Source: Octopus sinensis
Lineage: Eukaryota
DNA: 64,000 bases
NCBI RefSeq assembly: GCF_006345805.1
Contig: NC_043006.1
Coordinates: 59,644,001 to 59,708,000, forward strand
Reading direction: 5' to 3'
Below the pieces are notes generated by a model, which was not told where the DNA came from, made no database searches, and saw only the letters and a list, made by a program, of their open reading frames with translations. Every line of letters starts with the position of its first letter. Within the stretch, counting starts at the first letter, position 1. The translations under genes and the position numbers were made by a program. Positions 62,872 to 64,000 of the stretch are shown in pieces.

Positions 62872-63129
62872 ATAAGTCTTAACTCAGGCTGCGTAAGCGC
62901 CGTGATGAATTATATACACCAAGACGCTGAAACGTACGTGTATGTTGAAGATAAATAAGCTCGCTCTTTTTCACAGCTATAATAACAGTTCATAGTTACA
63001 GATATAAATCTCATTAAAAGGTTGAAGAGAATGAAGAAAGAGAAAGTATTTACTAAATTAGTTTATTTACGTACATTTAGAAGGCAAAGAAAATTGTCGT
63101 AGAGAGTTACGGCATAAAATTTATATGAC

Positions 63130-63860
63130 TAATTCTTCCATACTAAGCTACTAGAGTTTTACACAATAATTGTATATTCGTCCTTTACCTCCTTATTGTC
63201 GAAGAATTCTATAAGGTGGTTGAAGTTCTTAATATCGGTTTTGGATCTTTTCGGTTTGAACGGCAGTTTTTTTTCTAGCGGTGTCATATGAAATTGTCAC
63301 CCATAATTATGACCCTAGTATCGATCTATTGCATTTCAATCTGTTTTAGGGTGAGGGTTAGTTAGGGTTAGGGGGAAGGGTATCTTTTTTTTCTTCAGAA
63401 ATGTAAATAAACCCAATCTGATTCTTAAACGAGGGACATATTCATACGGCACAGAATGTTTTCACCTCAATAGACGTCATTGATTGGTTGAAATTGCAGA
63501 AATTGAAGAAAAAAACAACAACAAATATCTTACAAACTATAGAATTTTCTCAATAAAGCCAAAAGAAAAATATGTTTTATAAACACATCCTACCAGTATA
63601 CGAAGTTTAAAAGTGTTTAGTTACGTGGAAATTATTTTTAAAAACTGCCGTTCAAACCGAAAAGATCCATTCGTCCTTTGCCTCATTATTGTCGAAGAAT
63701 TCTATAAGGTGGTTGAAGTTCTTAATATCGGTTTTTAGTTCTGTGAGATTTGGAGTGGGTGTCGGGTTAAATTTGAAACCTTTTAGTAGGAGACTCATTA
63801 CATTTTCGTTGAGGTCTCTATTTGATGAATTTATAATTTTAGGCTTTATGTGTTTTGTAG
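63130..63860 (-). mobile_element. Penelope-like element N-terminal coding relic, interrupted by a MITE
   Basis: IINSSNRDLNENVMSLLLKGFKFNPTPTPNLTELKTDIKNF..LIEFF resembles the PLE motif NLS..L...E..LL.KGL.F.PTP. Confidence 0.7.
63243..63668. mobile_element. MITE with perfect 29-bp TIRs and an internal TTAGGG-like patch
   Basis: GGATCTTTTCGGTTTGAACGGCAGTTTTT ... AAAAACTGCCGTTCAAACCGAAAAGATCC. Confidence 0.92.
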
Positions 63861-64000
63861 GTTAATTAGGAACTTCTGTTGTATCGGCTCCTGAGCGCGG
63901 TAGTAGTATTTTCTGTCTAAAAATTGATTTGTGTTGTTACGTCTCCAATTTCTAAATCTGGGGTTCATGCTCCGTTGTGAGTGAGGGAAAGGTTCATGTT

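Overview
Eukaryotic, AT-rich, repeat-saturated, essentially non-genic DNA. The SINE, microsatellite and retroelement content resembles an octopod cephalopod genome (inference from repeat types, not verified). No host protein-coding gene can be called with confidence; one short spliced-exon candidate lies at 31393-31468. Most ORFs in the track are translations of (AT)n, (CA)n, (CATA)n or trinucleotide microsatellites. The identifiable coding signal comes from transposable elements: CR1-type LINEs (one near-complete, 21062-24520), an L1/Tx1-like LINE, RTE-X, R4/Dong, Hero/R2-like and CRE-like non-LTR fragments, Penelope-like elements (PLEs), Gypsy gag/protease fragments, an IR-DR Tc1 element with intact ends, and mariner relics. 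Non-coding elements include non-autonomous Helitrons, MITEs and about 25 tRNA-derived SINE copies from several modular families. The most notable signal is a dispersed set of about a dozen hammerhead-ribozyme motifs or relics, most lying between microsatellites. Most are minimal type I motifs with a palindromic stem III, as known from PLE termini. They include U3-A8 and C4 core variants, and several sit inside fold-back hairpins. Other structural oddities are a CR1/SINE shared tail with covarying stem-loop, a MITE flanked by a 67-bp direct duplication, a mariner built from two left ends, an inverted duplication and an 818-bp tandem duplication.
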